Source: Schmidtea polychroa
Lineage: Eukaryota
Assembly (NCBI GenBank): GCA_044892525.1
Contig: CM097887.1
Coordinates: 14,446,001 to 14,510,000 of the forward strand
Direction of reading: 5' to 3'
DNA length: 64,000 nt
Part shown: piece by piece, positions 39,103 to 51,105 of the stretch
How positions within the stretch are numbered: the stretch's first letter is position 1
Layout of the letters: each line of letters opens with the position of its first letter
Notes under the pieces: generated by a model
Told to the model about the DNA's origin: nothing
Seen by the model: the letters and a program-made list of their open reading frames with translations, nothing else
The model's database searches: none
Program-made: the position numbers and the translations under genes

Positions 39103-39864
39103 TTAGACCAAGTCATCCCCACCGGCAAGCATCTCATCTATGTCGACCGGTAATCGGCTATCTACAATATATTTGATGCCCTCGGCCGGAACAATGCGGA
39201 AGACTTCTTTCGAGGGGATTGAATGGGTGGACGATATTTCTTGGATTTTCGATTGCGCCGCCGATAAGGACGCCTCGAGTGCTGTCATCGCATCTCGGCG
39301 TTTTTGATTCTTCTCGGCTCGAGTTGGCCGTTTCCGTTTGCGGGTAGTCGGGGGGTTTTCTGTGTTCGTGGTGCCGATTGGTGCTACCAAGATTGGAGCT
39401 AAGATGGGATCGGTAGGTCCACCTGTCTTTGGCTGGTGACTTGACAACACTGGGGCTGGAATGGGCGGCAGTCGTGAACCGTGCCCCTGACAGTTCGAGC
39501 TGGAAGATGTAGAAGACTGGTGGTGAAGGGGAAAGACATTCATCCCATCCAGAACGGGAAATTCTCGCACCCGCTTAGCCAATTCTGCCTCCGTATATAC
39601 CTTATGGAGGGCTTCTGATTGTGCTTTGATAGTGAGCCGCTGGCAACGGCTTTCCTCTAGCAGGCTGTCCCTGCAATGCTCTAATCGGAGAATTTTCTTG
39701 CGTTCCTCTTTCATTTGTGGCGGGGAGAACCACGTTCCTTCATAGAGATCAATTCTCTTTTTGAGAGCCCCGATATATAAGTGAAGTTGGGCGATATCCG
39801 CGTTCTTGTCCGCACAAGAAAAACACGGGCGAAGTTCTTTGGCGTTGTTGGACGATGTAGCCAT
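39103..39864 (-). CDS. Orphan EGTWFSP-family protein F3 (253 aa, intact)
   Basis: PCFSCADKN, LKKRIDLYEGTWFSPPQMKEERKKILRLEHCRDSLLEESRCQRLTIKAQSEAL, Pro/Ser linker, RKRKRPTRAEK, ALEASL, VDIDEM; TTTTCTAG acceptor directly before the ATG. Confidence 0.75.
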   Translation of the reverse strand: MATSSNNAKELRPCFSCADKNADIAQLHLYIGALKKRIDLYEGTWFSPPQMKEERKKILRLEHCRDSLLEESRCQRLTIKAQSEALHKVYTEAELAKRVREFPVLDGMNVFPLHHQSSTSSSSNCQGHGSRLPPIPAPVLSSHQPKTGGPTDPILAPILVAPIGTTNTENPPTTRKRKRPTRAEKNQKRRDAMTALEASLSAAQSKIQEISSTHSIPSKEVFRIVPAEGIKYIVDSRLPVDIDEMLAGGDDLV

Positions 39865-42800
39865 CTAGAAAATCAATCATTGTTTATGTTTACTCGAAAA
39901 AACCTCTATCAGAGCGATAAAATCAAAGTTTTGGGGCATGGTTTTGGAGTTTTATCAAACATACCACCCAACGATGACCCACACACCTCTTCATCCATCC
40001 CTATTCGCAGTCATTCAGTTGCAAGCATTCAAATCTCTTCACCTGATTCGTGTAAATTAAGAAAAGGAAACGGGGATTTCATACACAAAATTCTCTCTAC
40101 ATAAACCTCGCCCTTTGGGTTTGCTTTCGGATGGGACAATTCCCAGGTAAAACTCGTCTTTTACTTTATTCCCTTCAACCTTGTTCCCCTTAGTATATTT
40201 TTATTTAAAAATTTGCCGATATCATTATAGCAATCCGTCGACGTAGGCGGGCGTAAAGATTACCGAAAGTTAATTCATGGCGACTGATAATTATTACTAA
40301 TTTTGGCTCGCTCAAAATTATAGAATTAATCATGTAATCAGGTAAAAATTTAGTTCTAAATTTAAATCTAATTGATTTAAATAACGCGTCGAAAGCGTCA
40401 CCACGGAGACATCTACTTGTAATTATGCAATACCATTGAATGTTTAGGTGTGTCGATACTATTAGTGGCATCTGTGCCTGTGTGTTGGCTATCACCGCTA
40501 ATGAGTGTTTTATGCTGTTATGAGAGGGTATTAGATGTTGAATGCGTGGGGAAAATCCCTTCCTATACACCAGCCTACTGTCTCGCTGCTCTAGAAAAGT
40601 TCATATTATCATGCCGCTATTACATCACCAAAAATCGTGGATTTACTTTTACACTGCCCTATGTAGACTTGACTGTGGTGTGCGTGTGTATGTGCATTCT
40701 CAAGTCGGAATAATAGGGGTTGCGTAATAGGTTCCTCAAGCAGCCGTAGACGAATCGGAAAGTCAGATTAATCAATCTGAGTAGGCGACAAATTAGTAGA
40801 TTATTGAGTAAGCTCGATGTTATTATCTAATTCTCTTTCACGATATTAATTCAGGCCAATGACTATCAGCTTATCCATTTGACATTTCCCCAGAAAACCG
40901 ACACGTTATCTCTTTCTCTAGGACATTATCAGCTATCTCCTGTCGACTAACTCTACGCTGGCTAATGTAAATCAACTGATTTTGTTATCGTTGGCAACTA
41001 TTGCCTGCGAGCTCGAAGTGAGGATTTTGATAATTTCACTGCAAGATGTTTACTTCCCTGTCAGCGAGAGATTTTTTATCACTGGCATTGGCGATTCAAG
41101 GACGACAGTTCAATCGTAAGAGTACATCGATAATGGATGTAGCCGCTAACGTCCTGACGGCACAAATCAGACAGAGCCTTGCAAATGCAGTACGTTACCG
41201 AAAAATCGTTGGATTTACTCGCAATCTATGGTCAACACTGTTCTTTCCTAACTACGTCGATCGACAGGCTGAATATCACGAAAAATTTTCTCCTAGCTAT
41301 GTGGATTATTATCGAATCAGTACGAACGTCACTGCCTATCTCGATCTGAATTGCCTGCATTCGGAATTTAAATCATCTCTACAACTATTGGAAATCTCGG
41401 TGTGACTAAATGAACCGATGGTACGCTCTATGGACGATCGCGCTTGATGAAGGAAATTTCACTTCTCAACTGGATTTTCCACCTACTGAGTTTCTTCACC
41501 ACTCATGACACACCCAAGAAGGCATTCATTGCTGCCACCTTCTCGCACCGTCATGAGGGACCAATCAACTCGTTTCCATTCAATTAAATCAACAATAAAA
41601 TAATCAAACTGAATGATAGGTAAATGCATAAATAAAATTTACCCGGCGACCATATCATTTGGACTCCAAGTATGATGTTGCTCATCCTACGTAATCGAAA
41701 CCTCATCGTCTCCTTGGTGGATCTCTAATATGACAAATATCACTCTCTACAAATATCACATTCTCCTTTCAGCATGTTCGTGATTTCTTATGCATACCAA
41801 CCTTTCCACGGTGGTGTCCTCTACTGCAGTACAATTCCAACTCGTCCACATCATACTGGGAGCTCTCAGATGGTACAGTCGCCGGTACCATGAAGAAAGG
41901 CAGCTTTTCATTTAAATAAATTTATTGTATGAAATTGTTTTTATTATATTTATAACAATTAACGAAATTAAACTAACAACCATAAATAAAGCAACTGTCG
42001 AGACATACCTTGAGTTTCGAAAACTGGAGTTAAATCGGTTGAATTTAAATTCTTTCCTGAATGGATTTGTGGTTTGGCCTCTATATATTCCTTCCTCGGT
42101 TTGGTTTGGTAGTCTCTGAACTAGTTCGCTGTAGGATAATTTAGTTAAAGGTTCCGAAATCTGTAAAGTCTGTAGAATATTTTTTAAAAGTGGTCATAAC
42201 GAACCAAAGTTTACCTGTAGAATATTTTTTAAAAGTGGTACTCTACAGATATTTTCCGTTCCTTATATATTATTTTTCGTCCAATCAGGACACGACTTGT
42301 TTGTATTTTTACTATTTATTATTATTTTTATGTTTTTTATTATAATATATTAGATTTTAATGACTTAACTTATTTCTTATTATTATTTTATTTATTTTCT
42401 TATTTTTATTATTTTCCTCCTATTTTTCCTGTGGATTTATTGCTACTTTATTGTAATATAATTTTTTGTTTTAATTAGACTTAAAGATAGTTTTATTTTT
42501 ATTTATTTCTTAAATTTCTCGTTTATTTGTTGTCACTTTTTTACTTATTCTATTCTATTTCATCTGCTGGGTCCTAAATCGCTTTATTTCTAAATCTTAC
42601 GGGGTTTATTGGGTTTTATTTAGTTTGTTTTACTTATTCTTATTCTCTTATTGATATTTTATTGTTCCTTTTTGATTTATTAGTGAGAATTTGATGGTAC
42701 TTTATATTTTTATTTTATTTCGTTTATTTTTCAAGGATTACTTTTCTATTCGCTCCAGTTTTCGAAACTCCGCGTTTTAGCCCAACATTATATTTCACTA

Positions 42801-43182
42801 ATTGTATTTGACTAAATGGCTTGAATCCAACATTTGCATTCGCTTTATAGCACAAATGGTTATATGAATTTTTATTTTTATATTATGCTGTATTTTTCCG
42901 GTTACATTTTTAAATTAATTATTTTTATATTCCATGAAATTTTCATATCAATATTTCACGTTATAAAAATATCCTATTTGCTCTTTTCAATTACAATTAT
43001 TTATAAGTTAAATTATTATGATACTTAAAATAAAATATTTTTATTATTTATAAAATATTAATTAATTTATATTCAGAAATCTGTTTAAATCTAGTAAGAT
43101 TTTTTAAGAAAAATTATCTCGTATGACCTTTAATAATTGTTTATATATATTATTTATATTTATTCATACTGTTTTTATCAAA

Positions 43183-43714
43183 ATGATGAAAATTGCTAAT
43201 TTTACTTTATGTCTGAAGAACAGTATGACAAATCCATGTAAAATTTTTCTCATCAACCGATTATCATTCAGTAGTAATATTAAAATAGAACCTCCATTGC
43301 CAGTCTATAAGTTTAAAGAAAATGAAAGCATTGAAACTCGTAAAAGTCGACTTTTATATCAGAGTAGAAAAAGAGGGATGCTTGAAAATGATCTCCTTTT
43401 GAGGTACAACACATTATATTTTTGTGACTATAAATAAAATTAAAGCACATTCATTGATGAGCATCTTGATAAAATGACTCCGGAACAAATCGAACAATAT
43501 GATTTATTGATAAATATTCCCAGTAATGATTGGGATATTTATTATTGGGCTACTGGTAGTTTAAATGCTAAATATTTGATTGTTGAATTTGTTTATAGGC
43601 GTGGAGGCGATTCCTGAGCATTTCAATAACGATGTCATGAAGCTATTGCAAGTTCATGCCAGGAATTTGGACAAAAAATCAAGATTAAGGCAGCCTGATT
43701 TGAAATTGAAATAA
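43183..43714 (+). CDS. SDHAF2: Succinate dehydrogenase assembly factor 2 (exons 43183-43403, 43446-43555, 43599-43714)
   Basis: [22 protein letters not shown]...[18 protein letters not shown]...[11 protein letters not shown]....R.RQPDL; 42- and 43-nt GT-AG introns. Confidence 0.95.
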
Positions 43715-46146
43715 ATTATTTATTTAGTCTTGTTTTTCATTAATTCTTATAGTTAAAATTTTGTTTAACTCATTTTGGAATGTCAACAATTTTAGAGTGG
43801 CAGCCAAATTAGATGAATGAATAATAATTATGACGTGACATTTTAGGTATGACCCCGATCCGTTCTCTATTTGATTTTGGAATTCCGTTTAACACCAGCA
43901 AAATTCAGCCTCTTCACTGGCGTAGAATTTCAACTCAAAACTTATTGACGACTTTACGCAGGCCGTAAGCAATATTATTGCTATTATAATAAGTAAGAAC
44001 TGAAAAATAGCAAAGTATATATAAAATCAGTAGTTAGTGTCAATGTGTATCCCAGCCCGGCAGCCTACCTCAGGATGGGGACACTTTAGTACAAGGGCTG
44101 CATGGTATGAAGTGAATTAATTAATATTGAGGATAGCTATACAATAAAAGGATTTTGGAGGAGAAGCACGATGTTTCCCATTTACTAGTTTAATTATACA
44201 TATTTGTTTACAAAAATCAACGATAAAATACATGGTTTTTGAAACTCTTAATTTCAACATATTTTAGATACAGTACTTTTTTCTGGAAAAAGGTTCCTGA
44301 ACGTATCTGTACTATCCTTTATATGCAAAAAAGTGACGCTGAAATTAGCTAACAAATAAAATAATTATGCAGGACACAAAATATACACTTATTACCTACG
44401 ATAAGAAACGATTTTAATAACGTAGTATATTAATGGCGTATATTTACCGTGAGTGTGTTTTATATAATAGTAATAACACATAGGAATCACGGAGTTATGA
44501 TTCACTCGCTTTGGCGTACGACTACTACTTTTAATTTGATTGTAATTGACTTTATAATTGACTTTTCATTGTAATTGAAATAAGGAAATAATATAAGAAC
44601 TTTTTTCCAATTTCATCACTGATTATTTTTTTCCATTGAATTTATTAAAAAAAAGCTTGAAGACTATAAATCAGTAATATTACTTGAAGCTCTCTTTTTA
44701 ATAAATTAGGAAATAACACTAGATTTGATATCAATATTTTTTTAATTAACCCACTGTTGGGCTAAAACCGAGGATTGAGAGTTTGTTTTAATGGATCGAA
44801 AATACCTAACACAAAAACCGCACAAAGTTGAAAAAATGTATGATCAAGGTTTAAACTAAAATAAATTGCATAACACATTAAGAATCAATAAAACCCGTAT
44901 AATAGAATAAAGAGATAAATAAATTTTTTAAAAAATTGAAACTAAAAATTTCGAAGGAAAAATAATAAAATGTAAAAAAAGAATTAGTAGAAAATTATTT
45001 AAACTATAATATTTATAAAATTAAATCGTTGAAATAATAAAATTAATTAACATTATGTAATTTGTAAAGTTTATAGAATTAAATGGTTAGAATTATGTAA
45101 CTTATGAAATTTATAGAATCAAAGTGTTTAAATTAATAAAAATTAAAATAAAATTAACCAAAATTATTTAAATTATAAAACTTATAAAATTAAATTATTA
45201 AAATTAATAAAAAATTAAATAATTAATTAATTAAATCAGTTAAATTAAAGAATAAATAATTGCACACACTCATGCTACTACAATCTAATTGGGTATAGTA
45301 GCAGAGAATGCGTAGGCGTATAATCAAAATCGGTATAAATACCTATGAAAAATTTAGTTAATTTAATCAAAATCAAAACTAGTTTCAACATCACAACTTA
45401 TTTAGACAGTTACAAATTCAATTTTCTGACATTTAGCAAAAATTCGCGGTTAACTCTCAGTTCTGCGGTCTATGCCATCGGGTAAGATTGAATTAAATTT
45501 GGCAATTTTATGTATTGTATATTTATGTAATGTTATAAGCTAATAAAATTTTATATACAATTTCGTTTAGTTAATTATTAATTTTTGTTTGTTTTTTTAT
45601 CGTTTACTTCTAAGTTTTAATATTTATAATTTATATGAATGTTATGTGATTCAATTTTATGGATAATTTTCTGATTTATGGATGCCCTCCAGCTAGGGAT
45701 ACATCTGTGAACCATTGGCCAAAAGACTGATGGACAGCGAACGGTTGACCAGTTTGAAACATCGTTTTATAGGATATAGTTAGAGATAGGGCCGATGGGA
45801 GAACATATATTCGTTTTGGATAGTTTGAAGCATTGTTTTGACTAGAAATAACATAGGACGGGTTCGTTTTAGTAGAACATAGGTTGGAATCGGAAATACA
45901 GGCAGATCCCTGCTAAACTCTTTTGAAGAAAAAGTTGAATTTTTACAAGTACGGCAGAGCATATGGGGTGACATTTATTAACTGGGAAATAAATTATCTA
46001 CAAATATTACAGACAACACATAATAACTTATAAATAGAAAAATAAGGGCGGATCCCTGCGCAAAATTTTGGAAAATAATAATAGAAGACATCTAGAAATC
46101 AGGACCATAATTAAATGAAGACATGTCAATAATCCAACAATAGAAA

Positions 46147-46304
46147 TGGACAATGAATAATGACGTAAGACCTCCTATCGGCAGTCTAGAACTCGAAAAG
46201 AAAATACAATGAGGAGTAGTTTTAGCAATAGACCTCACCTGCTCATTGATTTTCGACCATTGTGTACAGTGCCAACATGGTCGTCGCCATGGGTACACAG
46301 ATGG
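46147..46304 (+). ncRNA. Conserved structured RNA motif, copy R4 (no recognisable upstream ORF)
   Basis: GAC-GUAAG-ACC UCCUAUC GGC-AGUC; AAUGAG..GAGUAG..CUCACCUG-CUCAUU; UGUGUAC-AGUGCCAA-CAUGG..CCAUG-G-GUACACA. Confidence 0.7.
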
Positions 46305-48864
46305 CTCCGGAACTAAAACGATGGATGATGGTACAGGATGACGATTTCTATTCATAGGTGGCAGTAGAATTTCGCGATAAGTCAGAAGATGCTTTAGGTT
46401 CATAGTAATAATGTTGAAAATCAATAACTAAGATCATTGTTTCGACTTTTATTTATAAATATTTTATTATTCTCCTTTTTATGCTTGGATGTGATGAGAC
46501 TAGATTGTATAGATGTTTGTGTACCGTTGGCACTCATCCTGGCACATCAGGGTGGTGATTGGGTATTCGATAGAATGGGTTGAGCATGAAGCTTTTGTTT
46601 GAATAAATGACAGTTGTGTTGAGGTCTCGATATTCGGGAACACTCAACTTAACTGGTTCTTTTATATATATATATATATATAACTAAAAAATATATATCA
46701 AAATAAGTCGATAGATAAATATTTATTGAAACTAAAAATTACCCAAATTGAACAATCGTAATAACACTATCAATTTCGTGCAAAATTTCTGAATTATACT
46801 TTTATAGAATACCTTCGAATCTTCTGAAATGCTTGCAATATGTGTTTTTGTTTATATGTTGTATCGTGCGTTCGTATGAAGATTTTACTGTAGTTTATTT
46901 AAATATTTGTGAGACTTTTCTGTTCTGTCTCGGGTATTGAATATTTCGCGGGATTTACCTTTGAAATTACTAGAGCGCTAATTTTTGGTCGACTAAGACT
47001 AATTTTTTGTCGCTATTTATACAAATTTTTAGGGCAGCTGTTATTGTAAAAAATAATTTAATATTTTATTTTCATATTTTAAGAATACTTATAATTTAAA
47101 TAATTATTATTTTTAAGTCTTATATTTCATTTCAAAAATGTTTTTAAGAACACTTATAAATTAATTATTATTTTCAAGTCTTTACGAATTAAGAAATATT
47201 TTCTTTGAGAGTACTTATAACTTTAAGGAAATATTTTGTTTTTAAAATGTTCTAACTGTTTTTATTAAATTAATATTCTCTTAATTAATAAACGTTAATA
47301 ATTAAATTTTTTTTAAATCCCTCCCCTGATTATATGATTGAAGTTTTATGTGAAACAAAAACACGAAAAACAAATAATAAATAGATTAAAACAGAAACCC
47401 AATTATTTACAACCAATAAAACATAGATAAAATAGGCTTTTAGATATATACACCCGATAAAATATACATCATTAATCATACACAAATAATCAGACAGAAA
47501 TTAATCAGAATAATAATAAAGGATAAAATATGCACAGATTGTTAGCTAGTTCGAGGATAATATTTGATCAATAATATTTACACAAATTGTCAATTGAAAG
47601 ATTTTTCTGGATTGTTTTTGGATTGAATTGGGTTGCATGGACTTGGATTGTTGATTGTTGGGAAATTCGACCGTCTATCTACGCTCTTCGGCGTATACAT
47701 TGATTCTGTATCTCTTTGGCCCTGTTCTATAGTACCTGTTGAGATTAAATGTGGTGATGTGCCTACCTTCATTATCCAAAAGTTGGAATAAACCGAGCAG
47801 CTTTTAATTGACATGCAGACGAATCGAAACAAGCCTAATGTTAGGACACCAGTTTCAGAATATCAATGCCGGGAATTGCATAAAATATAAATAACTAGAA
47901 TTAAGATTGTTACATGAAGTTGAATTGTCTGATCGTAATCTTGCAAATAGGCTAATAGAGTTATTCCGAATAAGATGCACCTAGTGGAGATGTGGTGGAA
48001 AACGCGAATTTCCACAAATAAAACACTCGCGCACGAATTACACTATCTGAGTAGTTTATCATGAATCCAACCAAGCTTCGAAGAGGGTGCAGAATCGTCG
48101 AACAATAGCGTGTCGAAAAACTTTTCCACGGTAACTCGATCAAGACACCGGAAACGTCACTCATATTCTCGCGTGTAAATGATAACGTACAATCTCCATC
48201 CGGTTAAATTAAGCCACTCTCCGGCTATCCGTCGAAATTTCAGTTTTCATCTTTATCGTAGTAAACAGGATGTAGACAAGACCGATGAATTTTGGCATAA
48301 ATAACTTCAATCCGATTTCTACATGATACTGTGATCGACAGGATGAACACAATTAAATAATGATTTTTCGCAAAATAAATAATTCCACCACCGACAAGTA
48401 CAGAATAATAACAATGCAAGTAAGTAATACTGAAAGTCACAAAATCGACAGAAATCTCATAATTTACTATTAGTCGTTTCATTTTTTGAATCTTCCATAT
48501 GATGCCAAGGTATAAGGTAGAATACCAGTAATATTCCTTACACAATTCATAGACGAAACCATTTGATTTCCAGTAATACTACTCCCAGACTGATTTTTTT
48601 TAATTAAATTGAAAACATTTCATGAATATCATAAGTCTTCTGTCATTCACCGCTCAAATTTTATCCTCGATACCCAAAAGTTTTCCATGAAACACAGGAA
48701 GACGTTGTCAAGAGAGTAGTGGACAGGGATCAATACTAATCTAAAGAACAGGAAAAGCAGTGCTTAGGATATGAGCTTATCTCCTTGTCCCATCTAATAA
48801 GGCTCTGAGTGACCACCTATCTCTATACTATCAAAATTCATTCCTTGAATAATCTTTGTTTTTT

Positions 48865-49596
48865 GAACCAAATTTGCCAAGGACTGGCCCGAAGCCGTGC
48901 TTTTCTTGCGCGGACAAAAATACAACTATACGCCAGCTGTCAAGATTGGCAGACTTAAGAAACGTATTGATCTACTAAAAGGAACGTGGTTCTCCCCACC
49001 ACTGATGAAGGAGGCCAACCAGAAGATACTACGCCTGGAGCACTGTCGAGAAGTTTGCTAGAAAAAAGTCTTTGCCAAAGTCTCACAATTAAAGCTCAGT
49101 CAGAGACCCTTCATCGCATTTATTCTGAAGCAGAATTGAAAACAATGGGTCACCGATTTTCCTGTCATCGATAAAGATAATATTTTTCCGGTCCACCATA
49201 TGACCAACGAAGCTCGTACCCGTTCTACATCGACTTGTCGCAAACATGGACCCCAAGTGTCATCTTCGCCTATTTCAGATGTTGTCTTCGTTGAAACTAG
49301 TGTGCTCCCGGCCAAGGCGTCGAGTGCAATCTCTTCTCTACCCACTCCGGCATTTCCGCCGACAACTTTGAATCCGCTGAATTCTAGAAAGCGTAAGCGT
49401 ATCACCTGTACAAAGCGCTCAAAGAAGAGACTCGACAAACTAGCCATTGCTGAAGCAACATTGTTTGCAGTTCCTGCTACCGTAAGAGCTGGTAGTGTCT
49501 GATCCTCCTCAGTATAGAGTCGTACCCGCAACTGGTACTCCACTGATCATCGACCCACCGTTGGGGATCTTGAGAAAAGCCGAAGATGCCATGTAA
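48865..49596 (+). pseudogene. EGTWFSP-family pseudogene F5
   Basis: Fragments EPNLPRTGPKPCFSCADKN / LKKRIDLLKGTWFSPPLMKEANQKILRLEHCR / SLLEKSLCQSLTIKAQSETLHRIYSEAELK / RKRKRIT..AEATL / YRVVPATG..IIDPP; several frameshifts and no ATG. Confidence 0.8.
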
Positions 49597-49840
49597 CAGC
49601 TAGAGCGTTTCTAGCCATCTACAAAGCCGTATATAGTCCTGGGCTGGTGGATTATCTCAATGATCCCGACTTCTCATATATCGTGATTTGATGATTTGAG
49701 GCATTGTAGCGTCTCGTATGTTGTGATTTCAATATAACTCGGTGTCGTTTACCCCGCCTTATTTGTCTTCTGAAATTGTAAGAGATTTGGTCTGGCGGTG
49801 AAGTAGAAAGGAAAGACAGAGTAGTTAGAGATAACCTCTA

Positions 49841-50007
49841 CTGGACCAGAGGTCTTGTCAGTGTGTCAGTATAGAAAGATAATGCGGGTGTAAGTCCTTC
49901 TATTAGTATTCCAGGACCCGAAAGGCGAATGTCATGAGAGTAGTACTAACACAGGGGCTCATCTGCTCATCTATAGCACCAACATCACCATTGTCATGGG
50001 TACACAG
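49841..50007 (+). ncRNA. Conserved structured RNA motif, copy R5 (partly decayed)
   Basis: CUGGACCAGAG, GUAAGUCCUUCUA..AGGACCCGAA, AUGAG-AGUAG..GGGGCUCAUCUG-CUCAU, AGCACCAACAU..CAUGGGUACAC; 5' strand of the last stem lost. Confidence 0.65.
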
Positions 50008-50741
50008 TTGGTATAGAAATAACAATCATAATGGGACTCTGATTAATTTTATTACCTGTTGATTTAATGCAAATCTATTGTTAATTAATTTTAATTAAAT
50101 TACAATAAATAAAATATTCTTAAATTAGCTAAATATTCTAGAAAAACATCTCAGGTGACATTTCAAGAAATAATAGTTTGGCTAGAGAGTAACGGTTTCA
50201 CTAAAACTTATCTTATTGAGAATTAGATTCGTGATGAGTTTGATTATGCTTCAGCCATGCTGGAACGTCATGCAGAAGTTTTTATAAATATTGTTTCGAA
50301 TAACGGCATTTAATTATAAATCGATAATTATGTAGGGTAGTGAAAGGGAAATTTTTGGAAGTGTGACATACGATTTTTGCAAAGAGAAACGAATGAATAC
50401 GAGAATAGAACGTTTTTCCCCACTTGTAACCCACCATTTTTATAAATATTGTTAAACAATTTTCATTCCCAAAAAATTTGATTTTAGAGTTATATTGTAA
50501 AGTATTTTTATTTTCCAGCACTTCTTTCTCACTCTTATACAAACTTTTAAAGATTACTTGAATTAATTTATAAAAATCTTTTAATTAAAAATTTTAAAAT
50601 AATTAATAAATTAGAAAACAAATTATAAACTAAATTGATTATAAAAATAAATCATACGTCAAATTTCATTTTAATTGTTTTGTTTGAATTTTTAGATTAT
50701 AGTATATAACTAAATAATAACTGGAAATAATAATAATAAAA

Positions 50742-51105
50742 ATGGTTCGAGAACTAGCAACTGTTAATGAATTTGACGAACTTTTGGGTTCTACCGATAA
50801 GTTAATTGTTGTTGACTTTACTGCTACATGGTGTGGTCCTTGCCAAAAGATCGCACCGATTTTCAACAATTTATGCCAGGAATTTCCTGATGTCGTTTTC
50901 GTTAAAGTTGACGTGGACAAGAACAACGTATTTATTATTATTTAAAATTAATTATGTTTAGTGAATATTTTTTTAGGAAACGGCAGAGAAATGCAAGGTG
51001 ACATCAATGCCAACATTCCATTTCTACAAGGATAACAATTTGAAACACCAATTTAGTGGAGCATCTGAAGATAAGCTGCGAAAAGCTATTACTGAGAACA
51101 AATAA
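50742..51105 (+). CDS. TXN: Thioredoxin (exons 50742-50927, 50977-51105; 104 aa)
   Basis: VVDFTATWCGPCQKIAP, VFVKVDVD, then ETAEKCKVTSMPTFHFYK after a 49-nt intron. Confidence 0.95.

Noticed and set aside
48075-48095. HPLRS as a tyrosine-recombinase HxxR motif in the upstream region of F5
   Set aside because: Not conserved in the equivalent regions of F3 or F6, and the frame is uncertain.
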